DNA of 64,000 nucleotides from an uncultured Chloroflexia bacterium (GTDB lineage Bacteria; Chloroflexota; Limnocylindria; Limnocylindrales; CSP1-4): NCBI GenBank assembly GCA_963739365.1, contig CAVUAG010000006.1, positions 55,991 to 119,990 of the forward strand, read 5' to 3'. Shown piece by piece: positions 58,801 to 64,000 of this stretch (position 1 is its first letter; each line of letters starts with the position of its first letter). The notes under the pieces were generated by a model. It saw only the letters and a program-made list of their open reading frames with translations, ran no database searches and was not told where the DNA came from. The position numbers and the translations under genes were made by a program.

Positions 58801-61552
58801 CTGAAGCTGCTCGACGTCGACCTCGTGATCCTCAACGAGCACGGTGCCACCTACGCCCAGGACCTCCACGATTCGCTCGAGACGCTCGTGCGGACGAGCC
58901 AGTCGGCCCTGGCCCGCGAGGGCCACCCGGGCCGTGGCGGGGTGCACATCCTGCGCGGCGAGCGACTCTCCACCGAGGATCGCTCGGTCCTCCAGGCCGC
59001 CGCCCGGGCCGTGCTGCTGAGCCGCCGCGGCAGCCTCGCCGACCAGGTCATCCGCCTGGAGCGCCCCGAGAGGATCGCCCGGCCGGCAGCGCCAGCCCGC
59101 TCGAGCCAGCCCAGGAGCGAGCCTGTCGCGCCACGCCCGGAGCTCGAGTTCTTCAACGGCCTCGGCGGCTTCGTCGATGGGGGGCGGGAGTACGTCACCA
59201 TTCTCGGCCCGGGACAAGCCACCCCGGCGCCCTGGCTCAACGTCATCGCCAACTCGTCGTTCGGGTTCCAGGTCTCCGAGTCCGGGTCGGGATACACGTG
59301 GTCCGGGAACAGCCGCGAGAACCAGCTCACCCCGTGGTCGAACGACCCTGTCAGCGATCCGGTGAGCGAGGCGATCTACGTCCGGGACGACGACAGCGGC
59401 GAGCTCTGGGGTCCGACGGCCCAGCCGATCCGCTGCGAGGAGTCGACGTACGTCGGCCCGGCACGGGCCCGGATTCAGCCGATTCGAGCACCTGCACGAC
59501 GGGATCTCGCTCAACCTCGTGCAGTTCGTCCCGCTCGACGAGCCGCTGAAGGTCTCGATGCTGACCATCGAGAACCGCTCGGGGCGCTCGCGGCGCCTGT
59601 CGGTGACCGCCTATGCCGAGTGGGCGCTGGGCACCTCGCGCGGAGCCAACGCCCCCGGGATCGTCACGGCACTGGATCCCGAGACCCAGGCGCTCCTCGT
59701 GCGCAACCCGTGGAACACGGAGTTCGGCGGCCGGGTCGCATTCCTCGACCTTGGCGGGCGACAGACGGCGTGGACGGCCGATCGGACCGAGTTCCTCGGC
59801 CGCAACGGCACTCCGGAGCGGCCGACGGGCCTGGACCGCGGGTCCCGGCTGCAGGGAGCCGCCGGTGCCGGCCTCGACCCGTGCGCCGCACTGCAGACCA
59901 GCTTCGAGCTCGCCGGCGGAGCGCAGACCCGGGTCCTCGTCCTGCTCGGCGAGGCGGAGGGGGCCGCGGGCGCGGCCGACCTCATCCAGCGGGGGCGGAC
60001 AGCCGACCACGAGGCGACGCTGCGCGGCGTGGCGAGCTACTGGGACGACATGCAGGGGACGATCCAGGTCCGGACGCCCGACCGCTCGATGGACATCATG
60101 CTCAACCGCTGGCTCATCTACCAGACGCTAGCCTGCCGGCTGTGGGCGCGGACCGCGTTCTACCAGGCCGGCGGCGCCTACGGGTTCCGCGACCAGCTCC
60201 AGGACGTCGTCGCCCTGGTGACCGCGAAGCGCGACGTGGCGCGCGAGCATCTTCTGAGGGCGGCGGCCCGCCAGTTCCCGGAGGGAGATGTCCAGCACTG
60301 GTGGCATCCGCCGTCGGGTCGGGGTGTCCGGACCCGGATCTCGGACGATCGCCTCTGGCTGCCGTACGCCGTCGATCGCTACCTGGCGGTCACGGGCGAC
60401 ACGGGGATCCTCGACGAGACGGTCCCCTATCTCGACGGACCGACCCTGCGGCCAGATCAGGCGGACGCCTACTTCCAGCCGGGGCTCTCACCGGACGCGG
60501 CTTCGCTGTTCGCCCACTGTGCGGCGGCCATCGACCGGAGCCTCGCGGTCGGCGTCCACGGCCTGCCGCTCATCGGGTCGGGCGACTGGAACGACGGCAT
60601 GAACCGGGTGGGTCACGAGGGTCGGGGCGAGAGTGTCTGGCTGGGCTGGTTCCTGCACACCGTCCTGGCCGCGTTCGCCCCGATCGCGGAGGCCCGCGGT
60701 GAGCGTCCCCGTGCGGAGCGCTGGCGAGCCCACATGAAGGCGCTCCGGCGGGCGCTCGAGCGCCACGGCTGGGACGGCGACTGGTACCGCCGCGCCTTCT
60801 TCGACGATGGCACCCCGCTCGGCTCCGCCATGAACGCCGAGTGCCGGATCGACTCGATCGCCCAATCGTGGGCCGTCCTGTCCGGAGCCGCCAATCCCCC
60901 CCACGCGGAGCGCGCGATGGCAGCGGTGGAGGAGTACCTCGTCCGACGTGGCGACGGCCTCGTCCTGCTGTTCACCCCGCCGTTCGACCACTCCGACGTG
61001 GATCCAGGCTACGTCAAGGGATACGTGCCGGGCATCCGGGAGAACGGCGGCCAGTACACCCACGGGGCCATCTGGTCGGTCCTCGCGTTCGCGACGCTGG
61101 GCGACGGTGACAAGGCCGGCGAGCTGTTCTCCATCCTGAACCCGATCAACCACGCCAGCACTCGGGCCGGGGTCCATCGCTACAAGGTGGAGCCGTACGT
61201 CATGGCGGCCGACGTCTACACCGAGCCGCCGCACGTCGGCCGCGGCGGGTGGACCTGGTACACGGGGTCGGCGGGCTGGATGTACCAGGCAGGCGTCGAG
61301 TGGATCCTGGGCTTCCACCTGCGCGGGACGACGCTCGTGCTCGATCCCTGCATCCCCCGCGCCTGGCCTGGCTACGAGATCGTCTTCCGCTATCACACGG
61401 CCACGTACGAGATCGCCGTGGAGAACCCGCAGGGGGTCAGTCGCGGGGTCGTCGTGACGGAGCTCGACGGGCAGCCGCTGACCGGTGGTGGCGCCGCGAT
61501 CGCACTCGCCGACGACGGCGCCACGCACCGGGTCCGGGTCGTCCTCGGGTAG
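52855..61552 (+). CDS. ndvB: Cyclic beta-1,2-glucan synthase (GT84 + GH94 multidomain, Cgs/NdvB/ChvB type) with one in-frame TAG and one frame break
   Basis: Three track ORFs (52855..58134, 58144..60702, 59519..61552) form one ~2,899-codon protein. N-terminal AEWLIDNFPIVDEQLREIRDDLP. GT84 catalytic text VVTLDADTRLP and QHRWARGDWQLLPW. Then GHLYNWYD. GH94-type C-terminus GSGDWNDGMN and ENGGQYTHGAIW. TAG at 58132-58134 is in the same frame as both flanks (AHPAF-stop-NLFVQTE). There is a +1 shift near 59455 (CEESTYV / ARHGPGFSRFEHLHDGISLNLVQFVPLDEPL). Confidence 0.9.
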
Positions 61553-61558
61553 GTTCCT

Positions 61559-61586
61559 GCGCGGGTGCCGGCACCGGCGCCCGCGC
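61559..61586. terminator. GC hairpin between convergent genes (candidate bidirectional terminator)
   Basis: gcgcgggtgcc-ggcacc-ggcgcccgcgc, an 11-bp stem with one G-U pair. It lies 7 nt after the glucan synthase stop and 5 nt before the acyl-CoA dehydrogenase stop. Confidence 0.45.
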
Positions 61587-61590
61587 CGCC

Positions 61591-63314
61591 CTACGGCAGC
61601 AGGACCGCGATCGTCTCGAGCGGGACCGGGTTCGACGCGAGGACCACCTCGGCCGCGGCCCGGGCCTTCGGTGTGATCGACGCCACGTAGGCCCGCGCGA
61701 TCGGCTTCTTGCCCTCTGTCGCCGACGTGTCACGAAGCATCAGCCAGCCGCCGACGAGCCAGATCGCCATCTCCACGAGGTCGACCGCGTAGTAGTCCAC
61801 GCGGTCGCGCTCGGGCAGACGCCTTGAGCGCCCCCACCGCCTGGTCGAAGAGACCGGTCAGCTCGTCGAGCGTCGCCTTCTCGGCGGCCATGTCGGAGGG
61901 GTACTCGGCGGCCTGCCATTCGGTCAGCAGCGGATCGAGCGACCGGTTGAGCAGCTTGCCGATGGCCGCGACCACCTGGAGCTGGCTCGTGCCCTCGTAG
62001 ATGTTGGTGATGCGGACGTCCCGGAAGAGGCGCTCGATGTTGAACTCGCGCATGTAGCCGACGCCGCCGTGGACCTGCATGGCCTGGTAGCAGACCCGGT
62101 TGCCCATCTCGGTGGCGCAGTACTTCACCATCGGGGTCAGGGTCTCGGCCAGGGCCGCGGCCTGCTTGTGGCGGGCCCGCACCGCCGGGTCCGTCTCCGA
62201 GCCGCTCTCCTCGACGGCCTTCTCGTAGACCTTCCACAGGTCCACCCAGCGTCCCGTCTCGGCCAGGAGGGCCCGCGTGGCTTCCAGGTCCACCCGCATC
62301 GAGAGCAGCAGCCGGCCCACGGCCGGCAGGCTCCGGATCGGCTTGCCGAACTGGATGCGCGCGCGAGAGTACTTGTCGGCCTCGCGGTAGGCGGCCTCGG
62401 CGATGCCGAGGGCCTGCGCGGCGACGGCCAGCCGGGCGCCGTTCATCAGGTTCATGGCGTAGCGCATGAGGCCGAAGCGGCGCTTGCCGAGCAGGGTGGC
62501 CGGGGTGTTGACGTACTGGATCTCGCACGTCGGCGACGCGTGGATCCCCATCTTGTTCTCGATGCGCCGGATCTTGACCGTGTCGTCGCGCTCGACCAGG
62601 AACATGGAGAGGCCGCGGGCGTCGGACGAGCCCTCCTCGCTGCGGGCCAGGACCAGCGACACGTCCGCCAGGCCGTTGGTGATGAAGCGCTTGACGCCGT
62701 TGAGGTGCCACTGGCCGGTGGCCTCGTCCAGCGTCGCCCGCGTCCCCACGGCGCCCAGGTCGGATCCGGCGTCGGCCTCGGTCAGGACCATCGCGCCGGA
62801 GACCTCGCCGCGCGAGAAGCGAGGCAGCACACGCGCCTTGGTCTCCGGATCGCCGATCTCCTCCAGCGAGGGAGGCGATCTCCTGGAGGCCGTAGACGGT
62901 CATGAGGCCGCTCTCCGCCCGGGCCACCATCTCCACCATCATCTGGTAGATGGACTCGGGCAGGTTCAGGCCGCCGTACTCGCGCGACAGCATGGCCCCG
63001 AAGAGCTCGGCCTGGCGGAGGGCCTCGATGGCGTCCAGGGTGGGCGCGGCGTAGGTGACCTCGCCAGCCGCGAAGTGGGCTCCCTCCTCGTCGGCCTCGG
63101 CGGCCCGCGGCGCGATCCGCTCGCCGCAGACCTCGCCCAGGACCTCGAGCACGATCCGGTAGTTGTCGATGGCATCGGCGTAGGTGCGCGGGGCGGTGGG
63201 GTAGCGGCCCGCCTCGGTGTAGCCCTTCTCCTTGAGCTCGAGCACCTCGCGCAGGTCGAGCTGCTCGAGGCGGAGCTGCAGGTCGGGGTTGTCGAGGAAG
63301 AAGTTCTCGCTCAT
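61591..63314 (-). CDS. Long-form acyl-CoA dehydrogenase, two apparent 1-nt insertions
   Basis: N-terminus [24 protein letters not shown]...YGLQEIASL is in track 61740..63314. The core EVSGAMVLTEADAGSDLG, GVKRFITNG, MGIHASPTCE, GGVGYMREFNIERLFRDVRITNIYEGTSQLQ is in track 61730..62830. The tail DYYAVDLVEMAIWLVGGWLMLRD... is in track 61591..61800. Breaks are near 62870 and 61815. 1724 nt = 574 codons + 2. Confidence 0.85.
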
Positions 63315-64000
63315 TCGACTGCTCCCTCGACCGCGCCCGACGCGACGTCGGCCGCACCGTCGGCGGCTCCCTCGGGGGCTCCCTCGACCGCGGTGCGGTC
63401 CCGCAGGGCCTTGATGATCATGGGCAGGACCTCGGCGGCGTCGCCCACGATCCGGTAGTGCGCCACCCCGAACATCGGCGCGTCGGGGTCGGTGTTGATG
63501 GCGATGATCTTGGACGACTCGTCCATTCCGGCCCGGTGCTGGATGGCGCCCGAGATGCCGGCGGCGATGTAGAGGCGGGGCCGGACGGTCGTGCCGGTCT
63601 GGCCCACCTGGTGCTGGCGGTCGATCAGGCCCGCATCCACGGCCGCGCGCGAGGCGCCGACCTCGCCACCGAGCAGGTTGGCCAGCTCGCGCAGCAGCGC
63701 GAACTCGTCGGGGCTGGTGATCCCCGCGCCACCGGAGACGACCACGGCCGCGTCCTTGAGCCTGACCGTGGAGGGGCGGACCTGCCGGCTCAGGATCTCG
63801 AGGGCGAAGTCACCGGGCTCGAACTCGGGCGTGACCCGCTCCACGACCCCTGACCGGCCGGCGTCGGTTGCCGGCATGTGCATCACGCCCTCGCGGACCG
63901 TCGCCATCTGGGGCCGTGTCTTCGGGTTGACGATCGTGGCGACCAGGTTCCCGCCGAAGGCCGGCCGGATCTGGAGAAGCAGGTCCCGGTAGGTCGTGTC
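63311..64000 (-). CDS. etfA: Electron transfer flavoprotein alpha subunit (5' end beyond the window)
   Basis: C-terminal FAD-binding text [66 protein letters not shown]. The frame stays open to base 64000 (…[30 protein letters not shown]). The stop overlaps the acyl-CoA dehydrogenase start. Confidence 0.85.
   Translation of the reverse strand, partial: DTTYRDLLLQIRPAFGGNLVATIVNPKTRPQMATVREGVMHMPATDAGRSGVVERVTPEFEPGDFALEILSRQVRPSTVRLKDAAVVVSGGAGITSPDEFALLRELANLLGGEVGASRAAVDAGLIDRQHQVGQTGTTVRPRLYIAAGISGAIQHRAGMDESSKIIAINTDPDAPMFGVAHYRIVGDAAEVLPMIIKALRDRTAVEGAPEGAADGAADVASGAVEGAVE

Overview
High-GC, actinobacterium-like chromosomal segment. Hand counts of single 60-nt lines give about 75% GC at 20.4 kb and 57-60% at 33.6 kb. 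I can support about 50 protein genes and one tRNA. I found no rRNA, CRISPR array, transposase or integrase.

Gene content, left to right:
- URO-D-family gene coupled to nagA; SAM methyltransferase; AlaX editing protein; cupredoxin lipoprotein; MFS transporter.
- A complete AmmeMemoRadiSam trio (amrA divergent from amrS-amrB).
- A badly broken XRE regulator; glnA (GS-I) next to glnN (GS-III); ROK protein.
- resB coupled to a Cys/Met PLP enzyme; membrane GGDEF cyclase; a five-gene Opp/Dpp-type ABC importer.
- A secreted Cys/His protein; an LLM oxidoreductase; an ABC ATPase with two ABC-2 permeases and a GyrI-like protein.
- tRNA-Pro(UGG), followed by a ~6 kb lower-GC cassette (FAH hydrolase, FIST sensor, aldehyde dehydrogenase, decayed ABC ATPase). 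The cassette is bounded by a 76-nt direct repeat of the tRNA 5' half plus its leader.
- Class-III aminotransferase; a second ABC/ABC-2 pair; DUF4143 ATPase; SMP-30 lactonase; CYTH-like protein plus PPK2.
- A 3-hydroxyacyl-CoA dehydrogenase/acetoacetate-decarboxylase fusion, flanked by an R-S-ExE ADP-ribosyltransferase-like gene and by a decayed copy of that gene.
- vapBC; a CsbD-domain membrane protein; an XRE regulator; an 8.7-kb cyclic beta-1,2-glucan synthase; an acyl-CoA dehydrogenase; the 3' part of etfA.

The dominant technical feature is about 30 reading-frame breaks plus one in-frame TAG inside otherwise well-conserved genes. I read these as most likely consensus indel errors, but this needs checking against reads.

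The most interesting biological candidates are:
- the uncharacterised ART-like protein and its remnant beside vapBC;
- the tRNA-Pro-bounded cassette;
- the AmmeMemoRadiSam locus.

All function calls rest on motifs I recognised by eye. No database search was run.
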